Source of the DNA: an uncultured Planctomycetaceae bacterium
GTDB taxonomy: Bacteria; Planctomycetota; Planctomycetia; Planctomycetales; Planctomycetaceae
Length of the DNA: 64,000 nucleotides
NCBI GenBank assembly: GCA_963815195.1
Contig: CAWFGE010000013.1
Coordinates: 480,001 to 544,000 of the forward strand
Direction of reading: 5' to 3'
This document shows positions 11,177 to 19,309 of the stretch, in pieces (position 1 is the first letter of the stretch; each line of letters begins with the position of its first letter). A program made the position numbers and the translations under genes. The notes under the pieces are model-generated. The model was not told the DNA's origin. It made no database searches and saw only the letters and a list, made by a program, of their open reading frames with translations.

Positions 11177-11358
11177 ATCAAAATCAGGCACGCGTCGCCC
11201 CGCTACGAATCGTGCGCCCCATCGCTTCAACGATTGAGCCCAGACTTTCGAGCGGGACGATGCTCTTGGGAACCAACGAATCACTCCAGATGATGACGCC
11301 AAAACGTCTCGGACTATAAGGTTTTCGCCCGCTCCCAAGATCGCGTGCCCTTTTTGAT
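11177..11358 (+). ncRNA. Putative IS110 bridge RNA with target-binding and donor-binding loops
   Basis: Closing stem 11177-11194/11342-11358; target arm 11195-11260 with TGCGCCC and AGCCCAG; donor arm 11264-11340 with CAGATG and CTATAAG; guides match target CTGCGCC-CT-GGGCT and donor CAGATGT-CT-TATAG. Confidence 0.8.
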
Positions 11359-11389
11359 TGTGTTTCACTTTAACAGGAGACGATCCCCC

Positions 11390-12673
11390 ATGCACTCGAA
11401 TTTGCTCGACCCCAATGCCTGTGTGCTGATCGGCCTCGATTGGGCCGACCGCGAACATGCCGTCTGCCGGCTGCTTCCCGACGGCGGAACCGAACACCGG
11501 CAACTCGAACACACGCCCGAAGCGATTGCCGACTGGCTCGCCGGCCTGCGGAAGCAATTCCCCGGTCGCCCGATTCGGATCGCGTTGGAGCAAAGCCGCG
11601 GCGCGCTGATGAACGCGCTCCGCCGTTTCGCCGACCTGGAACTCGAACTGTATCCCATCAATCCCAAGCAGCTGGCCCGCTATCGGGACGCGATTCATCC
11701 TTCGGGAGCGAAATCCGATCCAGACGATGCGCAGCTCTTGGCCCGCTTTCTGCAAAACCATCAGGAGCAACTCCTCCCGTTCGTGGCGGACGATCCCGAA
11801 ACCCGCCGCCTGGCCGAGTTGTCCGAACTTCGCCGCAAGCTGGTCGATGACCGCAAAACCCTTGTGCAGAAGCTCGAAGGCACGCTCAAGCTGTATTTTC
11901 CGCAACTGCTCGAATGGTGTGCCGGCAAGAGTCGCCAACCCCTGTTGCTCGCCGTGCTTCGCCGCTGGCCGAGCTTGGGCGATCTTAAGCGGGCTCATCC
12001 CAAAACGCTGCGCACGTTCCTCGCCGAGCATGGCCTGCGGAACCCCGACCAGCAAACCGAGTGGATCGACAACGTCCGCCCCGCCACCCCGTTGACCGAG
12101 GATGCCAGTTTGATCGAACCCCGCGCGATGTACGCCCAAAGTCTCGGCCGGCAAATCGAGGAACTGAACGAGGCCATTGCCAAATTCGAGAAGCAACTGG
12201 ACGAGGCGACCACCGCGCATCCCGACCACGAACTGTTCCGCTCGCTGCCCGGTGCCGGCGACGTCCTCACGCCGCGACTCATCGTGGCGATGGGCTCCGA
12301 CCGGGACCGCTACCAAGACGCCGGGGACGTGCAATCCAAAAGCGGCATCGCCCCGATCACCAAGCAAAGCGGGAAGACCCGGCTCGTGTTGTCGCGAATC
12401 GCCTGCCCCAAATTTCTCCGGCAGACATTCCACGAGTTCGCCGACCAGGCCCGCCGCTGGAGCGATTGGTCCCGAGCGTTCTATCAAATGAAACGCGCGG
12501 CCGGCATGAGCCACCACGCCGCGGTCCGCGCCTTGGCCTTCAAATGGATTCGCATCATCTTTCGGATGTGGCAAACCGGCACCCCTTACTCGGAAATGAA
12601 GTACCAGGAACAACTCACAATCAGAAACAGCCCCGTCTGGAATTTATTGGAAACAACAACAGAAACCACCTGA
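11390..12673 (+). CDS. IS110-family recombinase/transposase (DEDD RuvC-like + Transposase_20 domain)
   Basis: IGLDWA (D), IALEQS (E), KSDPDDA (DD), SLPGAG, GIAPITKQSGK (catalytic Ser region); AGGAGA RBS at 11375-11380. Confidence 0.95.
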   Translation: MHSNLLDPNACVLIGLDWADREHAVCRLLPDGGTEHRQLEHTPEAIADWLAGLRKQFPGRPIRIALEQSRGALMNALRRFADLELELYPINPKQLARYRDAIHPSGAKSDPDDAQLLARFLQNHQEQLLPFVADDPETRRLAELSELRRKLVDDRKTLVQKLEGTLKLYFPQLLEWCAGKSRQPLLLAVLRRWPSLGDLKRAHPKTLRTFLAEHGLRNPDQQTEWIDNVRPATPLTEDASLIEPRAMYAQSLGRQIEELNEAIAKFEKQLDEATTAHPDHELFRSLPGAGDVLTPRLIVAMGSDRDRYQDAGDVQSKSGIAPITKQSGKTRLVLSRIACPKFLRQTFHEFADQARRWSDWSRAFYQMKRAAGMSHHAAVRALAFKWIRIIFRMWQTGTPYSEMKYQEQLTIRNSPVWNLLETTTETT

Positions 12674-12680
12674 AACCCAC

Positions 12681-12701
12681 TTGAAAAAACCTCAGATGTC
12701 T
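12681..12701 (+). promoter_or_regulatory. -35 half (TTGAAA) of the IS110 circle-junction promoter
   Basis: Joining right end to left end through CT gives TTGAAA-17 nt-TAGGAT (-10 half at 11045-11050). Confidence 0.7.
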
Positions 12702-13145
12702 GGGCTGACATCGGGCCGGACCTTCGGCCCTTTTTCTCAAATTTGAAACAGTTGAATTTACGAACGGTCGAAAAGCTGCGCAAAGACAAATCGTCGTCAA
12801 CACCAAATTTTTAAGGGCCCAGCGCTAGCCCCGGTTCACTGGGATAACCGGACGCTAGCACATTCCGGCTGTGATTGAAAAGTTGCCTGGATGAGCCGCA
12901 GGGCGCTACCGTGAAACAAAACTCCTACTAAAAAGTGTAGCGGGGCTTGATGAAGATACAATGAACGGGGTGCAAAGAGTTCGTCAAACCCCCGGGGCGG
13001 CGAAATGACCAATGAATGAATGACCAAAACTTGAAACATGCAACTGGAAACTGCCGGACAACGGATACGGACCAATGGCAGAATCCGCCGGATTTGCTAC
13101 ATTGCCGGGGGATTGTCTCTCTTGGTCCTTTTGCTTTGAATTGCC

Positions 13146-15260
13146 ATGCCGCCCGAACCGAATCGATTCTTCAATCGCGAACTGAGTTGGTTGGAATTCA
13201 ATCAGCGGGTGCTCGACGAGGCCCGCGACGCCTCGATTCCGCTCTTGGAACGGCTGAAATTCCTGGCGATCACCGCGTCCAACCTGGATGAGTTCTTCAT
13301 GGTCCGCGTGGGCGGTTTGCAAATGGTCTCCGCCCAGGGCAGCACCAAGACCGATCCCTCCGGGATGACCGCCGACGAGCAGCTCGACGCCATCAGCCGC
13401 CGAACCCACAAAATGACGGCCGACCAGTGCAAATGCTTTCTGGCCGACCTGGAACCCGCCCTTGCGCAAGCGGGCTTCCGCCGATTGGCGGGCGATCAAC
13501 TCACCCGGGAGCAACTCCAATTTGTTGAGCAGTTGTTTGCGGAAGAGATCTCGGCCGTGCTCTCGCCGATGGCGGTTTCCGCGGACGAGGAGTTCCCGCT
13601 GTTGGGGAACCAGACGCTCAACGTCTGCGTGCAGCTCAAGCCGAAGGCCAAGGATGAGGCCCCGCGGTTCGCGCTGATTCCTTTTGGGCTGTACTCCCGC
13701 CGGTTTATCACTTTGCCCATGCAGGAGCGGAGCGATCAGTACGAATACATTCTTCTGGAAGATGTGGTCAACCTGTTCGCCGGCCGGTTTTTTCCCGGCG
13801 AGCCGGTGGTGGAGTGCGTGCCGTTTCGCATCACCCGCAATGCCGACCTCAGCGTGCGCGAAGATCTCGCCGCGGATTTGATGGTCAGCATGGAGGAGAT
13901 CCTCGATGCCCGGAAACAAAGCGCCTGCGTACGCCTGGAGATTTCTGACAATTGCACATCGGCGACGCTCTCGTTTTTGCGGAACACGCTCGGCGTCCTG
14001 GAGAACAGCGTGTATGCCTCGCCGGGGCCCTTGGATCTGGCGGCGTTCATGCGGCTGACCGATGTCAAAGGCTTCGATCCCCTGAAGTACGAGTCCTGGC
14101 AGCCGCAGCCTTCGCCCAACGTCGATCCGCAAACCAGCCTGTTTGAAACGCTCCGCGACCGCGACGTGCTGCTCTACCATCCCTTCGAGAGCTTCGAACC
14201 GGTGCTCCGGCTTATCGAAGAAGCCGCGGCGGATCCGGACGTGCTGGCGATCAAGCAGACCTTGTACCGCACGAGCCGCGACAGCCCCGTGGCCGCCGCC
14301 TTGATGCGGGCGGCGGAGAACGGCAAATACGTCACCGCCCTCGTGGAGCTCAAAGCCCGCTTCGACGAAGCCCGCAACATCGAATGGGCGAAGAACCTCG
14401 AGCAAGCCGGCGTGCAGGTGATCTACGGCGTCAAAGGCCTCAAGACGCACGCCAAGATCTGCGTGATCATCCGCCGGGAACCGCAGGGCATCAAACGCTA
14501 CGTCCACTTCGGGACCGGCAACTACAACGAGCAAACCGCCCGGCTCTACACCGACGCCAGCCTGATGACCGCCGACGAAATCCTCGGCTCCGATGCGACC
14601 GCGTTCTTCAATGCGGTCACCGGCTATTCGCAGATTCACGAATTCCAAAAGCTCGCCGCCGCCCCGATTAGCCTGCGCGACAAACTACGGGAACTGATCG
14701 AGGGCGAAATCGAGCGGAAGAAACAAAACCAGGCCGCGAAAATCGTGGCCAAAATGAATTCGCTCGCCGATCCGGCACTGATCGATGCCCTCTATGCCGC
14801 GTCGGAAGCCGGCGTGAATGTGGAACTCAACATCCGGGGCATTTGTTGCCTCCGGCCGGGCGTGAAGGGCCTCAGCGAGAATATCAAAGTTGTGAGCATC
14901 ATCGACCGGTTTCTGGAGCACAGCCGGATCTTTTCGTTTCATCACGGCGGGGACGATGTGGTGTATATTTCCAGTGCCGACTGGATGCCCCGCAACCTCG
15001 ACCGCCGGGTGGAGCTATTGGTCCCCGTCGAAGACAACAGAGCCCGCCAGCAGTTGCTCCGGGTGTTAAGTTCCTCGATGAAAGACACGGTCAAAGCCCG
15101 GCGGCTGACGGCGGACGGGCAGTACAAAAAAATCCGCTCCAAAACCGCCCACCGCAGCCAGGAAAGCCTGTATCAAGCCGCCTGCCGGGCCACCGCCCGC
15201 GCCGCCAAGACCCAAGCCGTCGCCTTCGAACCCCACCGCGCCCCGGAGGACAACGGGTGA
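13146..15260 (+). CDS. ppk1: Polyphosphate kinase 1
   Basis: FFNRELSWLEFNQRVL, LLYHPFESF, VELKARFDE, KTHAK, FLEHSRIF, SSADWMPRNLDRRVE. Confidence 0.97.
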   Translation: MPPEPNRFFNRELSWLEFNQRVLDEARDASIPLLERLKFLAITASNLDEFFMVRVGGLQMVSAQGSTKTDPSGMTADEQLDAISRRTHKMTADQCKCFLADLEPALAQAGFRRLAGDQLTREQLQFVEQLFAEEISAVLSPMAVSADEEFPLLGNQTLNVCVQLKPKAKDEAPRFALIPFGLYSRRFITLPMQERSDQYEYILLEDVVNLFAGRFFPGEPVVECVPFRITRNADLSVREDLAADLMVSMEEILDARKQSACVRLEISDNCTSATLSFLRNTLGVLENSVYASPGPLDLAAFMRLTDVKGFDPLKYESWQPQPSPNVDPQTSLFETLRDRDVLLYHPFESFEPVLRLIEEAAADPDVLAIKQTLYRTSRDSPVAAALMRAAENGKYVTALVELKARFDEARNIEWAKNLEQAGVQVIYGVKGLKTHAKICVIIRREPQGIKRYVHFGTGNYNEQTARLYTDASLMTADEILGSDATAFFNAVTGYSQIHEFQKLAAAPISLRDKLRELIEGEIERKKQNQAAKIVAKMNSLADPALIDALYAASEAGVNVELNIRGICCLRPGVKGLSENIKVVSIIDRFLEHSRIFSFHHGGDDVVYISSADWMPRNLDRRVELLVPVEDNRARQQLLRVLSSSMKDTVKARRLTADGQYKKIRSKTAHRSQESLYQAACRATARAAKTQAVAFEPHRAPEDNG

Positions 15261-15280
15261 TGGGCGAAGTTTATCAGACG

Positions 15281-15351
15281 GCATGCGCTAGCGTCCGGTT
15301 CATCGAAATCCAGCGAATCGCAGTAACCGGGGCTAGCGCCCTGCGGCTAAT
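15281..15351. repeat. REP doublet (ATTAGCCGCAGGGCGCTAGCCCCGGTT family) between convergent genes
   Basis: GCGCTAGCGTCCGGTT ... AACCGGGGCTAGCGCCCTGCGGCTAAT inverted pair. Confidence 0.7.
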
Positions 15352-15392
15352 TTTCTTGCACCGTAATAATCGCAAATGGCTGGACGCTCCGG

Positions 15393-17114
15393 TTACGATC
15401 TCCCGCGGAGCCAGATGTTGGCGGTGTTGACGGTGTCCGCGTCGTCGTTGTGTTTGATCGCCCGGAAGCGGTCTTGGTTTCGGCGGTACGCCAGTTCCAT
15501 ATAGTAAAGCCCCGTGGCGAGTTCCTGCTCCGTCGGCCGCTGCTCGGTGCTCAACAGGCGGGAAAACACGCAGCTGGACATAAACAGCTCCGTCGCGGCA
15601 TCGCCGATTCTGGCTTGGATGAGTTGCCGATTCAAGATGCCTTCGCGGTATTGAATCAATGCCGACTGGCACGCCGACGCGAAGTTCGCGATTTGCTTGG
15701 AAAGATGGTTCGCCGCCCGTTGTAACGGCGGGGTCAGGTCGGCTTTGGGCATTCGCGGCCGATTATGCCACAGCGTCCACACATTCCACGGTTTCTTCGT
15801 CAAACTTTCGAGGTGCTTGCCGACGTTGCGGAGGCCGTACATCGCGATGAAGCCGCGGAGCACATCGTTGGCCCCTTCGCCGATGAGGTTCAGCCGGGCG
15901 TCGCGCATCATCCGCTCGAAAGGCTGGTCGGTGAAGAAGCCCGCCCCGCCCCAGATTTGCAGGCAGTCGTTGACGATCCGCCACAAGGCATCGCTCGCGA
16001 AGACTTTGATCATCGCGGTTTCGAGCATGTAGTCCTCGGCCCCGCTGTCGATGAGCGCGGCCGTGTGATAGGTCGCGCTTTCCATTGCGTAAGTCTCGGC
16101 GGCGGCGAGGGCGATTTTTTCTTTGACCAACTCAAACTCGCCGAGCGTCTGCCCGAACTGCCGGCGGGAGTTGGCGCGCTCGATCATTTCCTCCAGGCAA
16201 AACTTCGCCGCCCCGGTGCAACTCGCTCCGAACGTCGTCCGGCCGAAGTCGAGCACCGTGAGCGCGAGCTTCAATCCTTTGCCGATTTGCCCGAGGATGT
16301 TTTCCCTGGGCACGAACATGTTGTTGAAGCTGAGCCGGGCGGTCGCGGTGCCGCGGATGCCGACTTTGGGCATGCGGGCTTCGAGGACTTCAAAGCCTTC
16401 CATGTCCGGCGTGACGAGGAAGGCGGTGATCTTGCCGTCGGGGTCTTTTTCGTCCGGCGTGCGGGCCATCACGGTGAGCACCCCCGCGATGCCGCCGTTG
16501 GTGATGTAGCGTTTCTGGCCGTTTAAGATATAACCCTTGCCGTCGGGCGTGGGCTGGGCGCGGGTTTGCACGTTGGAGGCGTCGGAGCCGGCTTCGGGTT
16601 CGGTGAGGGCGAACGCCGCGAGCTTTTGCCCGCTGGCGACGGGCCGCATCCATTGGGCTTGTTGCTCCTTCGTGCCGAAGAGTTCCAAAGCCCTGAGGCC
16701 GATGGAATGGTGGGCATTGACGAACACCGCCGTCGAACCGCACCGCCCGCCGATGACTTCCATCACCCGGCAGTAGTTTTGCTGCGACAATCCCCGCCCG
16801 CCGTGTTCCGGTCCGACCGTCATGCCTAAGACGCCGAGCTTGGCGAGGCCGTCGATGACCGATTGCGGAATGGCTTCGTCCCGGTCGATCTGAGCGGGGT
16901 CCACGTGCTCATCGAAAAACTGCCGGACTTGGGCGACGGCTTCGTCGCCGATTTTGCGTTCGGCCGCGGACAACACGGGATAGGGCAAAATCGATTCCGT
17001 GCGGAACCGGCCGAAGAACAGTTCCTTCGCAAAGCCCGCCTTCTGCGGGCCGGAAAACAAGAGTTCCTCCGCCTGCTCGATTTGCTTCTGTTGAAGCTCA
17101 GTCATCGTGGTCAT
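15393..17114 (-). CDS. Acyl-CoA dehydrogenase (VLCAD/ACAD9-like)
   Basis: AAFALTEPEAGSD, LNGQKRYITNG, RRQFG, ERMMRDARLNLIGEGAND; start MTTMTEL after GGAGG RBS. Confidence 0.92.
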   Translation of the reverse strand: MTTMTELQQKQIEQAEELLFSGPQKAGFAKELFFGRFRTESILPYPVLSAAERKIGDEAVAQVRQFFDEHVDPAQIDRDEAIPQSVIDGLAKLGVLGMTVGPEHGGRGLSQQNYCRVMEVIGGRCGSTAVFVNAHHSIGLRALELFGTKEQQAQWMRPVASGQKLAAFALTEPEAGSDASNVQTRAQPTPDGKGYILNGQKRYITNGGIAGVLTVMARTPDEKDPDGKITAFLVTPDMEGFEVLEARMPKVGIRGTATARLSFNNMFVPRENILGQIGKGLKLALTVLDFGRTTFGASCTGAAKFCLEEMIERANSRRQFGQTLGEFELVKEKIALAAAETYAMESATYHTAALIDSGAEDYMLETAMIKVFASDALWRIVNDCLQIWGGAGFFTDQPFERMMRDARLNLIGEGANDVLRGFIAMYGLRNVGKHLESLTKKPWNVWTLWHNRPRMPKADLTPPLQRAANHLSKQIANFASACQSALIQYREGILNRQLIQARIGDAATELFMSSCVFSRLLSTEQRPTEQELATGLYYMELAYRRNQDRFRAIKHNDDADTVNTANIWLRGRS

Positions 17115-17284
17115 CAAACGCCCTCCGGTTTGTGCAAACATTCTCTCCATTAAGAATGATACCGCATGGGAGGCGTTTTGACCGGAATTTCCGGAAGAAA
17201 TAAAATACAACTCTCTGCTGTGTTTGAAGTTACGACGATTATCGCCGTCATCCTCTGATTGGGACAGTTTCCAATGGATGTCAC

Positions 17285-17489
17285 TACGCCGAAGGCGTTT
17301 CACAACAAAGCCCAGGGTCAACGGCGCAGCCGCGCCACCCTGGGTTCAGGAACCCAAAAAATCCTTACGCCGAAGGTGTTATACAGAATCGCTGTATAAC
17401 GCCTTCGGCGTAAAGAATGAATTGGGGACGCTGTTCACCCAGAGTGCGCTTCGCGACTCTGGGCTTTGTTCTGTAACGCCTTCGGCGTA
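17285..17489. repeat. ~205-bp REPIN/MITE-like element, TACGCCGAAGGCGT family, copy 1
   Basis: Four ACGCCGAAGG(C/T)GT / ACGCCTTCGGCGT units plus CCCAGGG/CCCTGGG and CCCAGAGT/ACTCTGGG hairpins; similar copies at 31696 and 33021. Confidence 0.85.
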
Positions 17490-17618
17490 AAAACAATTTC
17501 CCGATTTCGTGAGATTCGTTCACGCGTGCCGTGGCCAATAATCTCCTGATACTGTAGCGGACAGCGAAAACTTCGTATGGTGGAGCGATTGGCGTTTTGT
17601 TTTTGTGAGAACGATCCA

Positions 17619-18716
17619 ATGAACGAATCCGGTCCGCCCTCCTCCGAACCTCACACAAGGCTCCGCGAATGGATGCGGCAAGCCGTGGCGAGGGGGGCGT
17701 CGGATTTGCATTTGGTTCCGGGCTATCCGCCGGTGCTCCGCGTGCATGGGATGCTCGAGCAGCTTGCGGAACAGCCGTTGGACCGCGAAGAAACCGCGGA
17801 CATGTTCCGAGCGATTTGTCCCCAAGAATTGGAGACCACGTTCGAAGCCGAGACCGATTTGGATTTTTCCTTCGTGATGGAAGAAGGCGGGAAGCCGGCG
17901 CGGTTTCGGGTGAATGTGTTTCGCGCGGCCGGGAGCCGGGGGGCGTGTTTGCGGTTGATTCCTCCGAAGATTCCGACCTTCGCCTGGGCGGAGTTCTCGC
18001 CGGAGCTCGGCGAGCGGTTGGCGTTTTTGCGGGATGGGTTGGTGGTCGTCACGGGGCCGACGGGTTCCGGGAAGACGACCACGCTCGCCATGCTCGTCGA
18101 ACTCCTCAACCGCGAAGGCGGGCGGCGGATTCTCACCGTGGAGCAACCGGTGGAATACGTGTTTTCGCGGGCGACCGAGTCCGTGGTCACGCAGCGCGAA
18201 GTCGGCCCCGATGTGCCCACGTTTGCGGATGGACTCAAATACGGGCTCAGGCAGGATCCGGATGTGATTCTTGTCGGCGAAATCCGCGACCGGGAGACGG
18301 CTCAGATGGCGCTGTCTGCCGCCGAGACCGGACATCTCGTTTTCACCACGTTGCACACGCGGGACGCCAAGGGCATGGTCACGCGGTTTGCCGATTTGTT
18401 TCCGCAGGAAGCGCAGAAGGACATTCGCTCGCAACTCGCGATGAGCCTGCGGGCGGTCGTCAGCCAGCGGCTGCTCCCGGATGTGGAGCCGGGAAACAAA
18501 CGCCATCTCGCCGTGGAGGTGCTGTGGAACACGCATCCGATCGCGAGCGCCATCCGCACCGGCAAGGTGGAGAGCATCGACAACTATCTCGTCACCCGCC
18601 GGGACGAGGGCATGGTCAGCTTTGATGAATCCGTCCGCCGGCTGTATCAAGAAGACAAAATCGCCCGCAGCGTCGCTGAGCAGAACGTCACGGATCCGAC
18701 GGTGTTGGGATATTGA
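17619..18716 (+). CDS. pilT: PilT/PilU-family type IV pilus retraction ATPase
   Basis: ASDLHL, VTGPTGSGKTTTL, LRQDPDVILVGEIRD, AAETGHLVFTTLHT, ASAIRTGK. Confidence 0.9.
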   Translation: MNESGPPSSEPHTRLREWMRQAVARGASDLHLVPGYPPVLRVHGMLEQLAEQPLDREETADMFRAICPQELETTFEAETDLDFSFVMEEGGKPARFRVNVFRAAGSRGACLRLIPPKIPTFAWAEFSPELGERLAFLRDGLVVVTGPTGSGKTTTLAMLVELLNREGGRRILTVEQPVEYVFSRATESVVTQREVGPDVPTFADGLKYGLRQDPDVILVGEIRDRETAQMALSAAETGHLVFTTLHTRDAKGMVTRFADLFPQEAQKDIRSQLAMSLRAVVSQRLLPDVEPGNKRHLAVEVLWNTHPIASAIRTGKVESIDNYLVTRRDEGMVSFDESVRRLYQEDKIARSVAEQNVTDPTVLGY

Positions 18717-18807
18717 CCGGCGAGCGTGGGGCGTCGCCCCGGGCGTCGGCTCCATGATCAGGGGGATTGTCGAAACAATCCGCTTCATCGGAATGGATTG
18801 CGACGTT

Positions 18808-19185
18808 TCACACCGGGCTGGGGTGCTCGACCGTGATGTTGGTGCGGATGCCGCCGCGGGGCGTGAATTCCGCCACGATTTTCAGCCAATGGGGTTCGGT
18901 GACTTCGAGCAAGTCCTCAAAGATGCGGTTGGTGACATCTTCGTAGAAGGCCCCGACGTTTCGGTAAAGCTGCAAGTAGTGCTTGAGGGATTTCAGCTCG
19001 ACGCATTTCTGGCGGGGGCGGTAGGTGATCGTCAACGTGCCGAAGTCGGGCTGGCCGGTTTTGGGGCACACCGAGGTAAACTCGGGGCAAATCGTTTCGA
19101 TGGTATAATCGCGCCCGGGGTGGGGATTGGGAAAGGTTTCCAACTGATCCTTAAACCGGGACGTGTCTTGGGATGCGGGATTCAT
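18808..19185 (-). CDS. queF: NADPH-dependent preQ0 reductase (short-type QueF)
   Basis: [38 protein letters not shown]. Confidence 0.95.
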   Translation of the reverse strand: MNPASQDTSRFKDQLETFPNPHPGRDYTIETICPEFTSVCPKTGQPDFGTLTITYRPRQKCVELKSLKHYLQLYRNVGAFYEDVTNRIFEDLLEVTEPHWLKIVAEFTPRGGIRTNITVEHPSPV

Positions 19186-19212
19186 AATGGGTCGGTCAAT
19201 CGGCGGCACATC

Positions 19213-19280
19213 CTAGACCCAAGCCGCCGGCTTGCCGGCGGACCGCGCTAGACCCAAGCCGCCGGCTTGCCGGCGGACCG
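19213..19280. repeat. Tandem duplication of a 35-bp palindromic unit
   Basis: CTAGACCCAAGCCGCCGGCTTGCCGGCGGACCG occurs twice, each with a CCGCCGGC-TT-GCCGGCGG hairpin. Confidence 0.8.
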
Positions 19281-19309
19281 GCGTCAAGGCGTCGGCTTGG
19301 GTGTCATTT

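Larger units (their letters stand above)
11041..12701 (+). mobile_element. IS110-family insertion sequence bounded by CT core dinucleotides
   Basis: CT at 11041-11042 and 12700-12701; excision restores hairpin CCCAGGGCTGCGCC-CT-GGGCTGAC; ~350-nt left non-coding end plus recombinase gene. Confidence 0.9.
10763..12822. mobile_element. Non-autonomous TIR element (MITE-like, ~400 bp without the nested IS110) inserted in a REP
   Basis: 26-bp TIRs at 10763-10788 and 12797-12822 (22/26 match); 7-bp duplication CGCTAGC at 10756-10762 and 12823-12829; removing it restores TTAGCCGCAGGGCGCTAGCCCCGGTTC. Confidence 0.75.

Noticed and set aside
10763..12822. 26-bp TIRs as IS1111-type subterminal repeats of the IS110
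   Set aside because: The CT-core boundaries, junction promoter and guide matches define the IS as 11041-12701; the TIRs lie 100-280 nt outside and have their own 7-bp duplication
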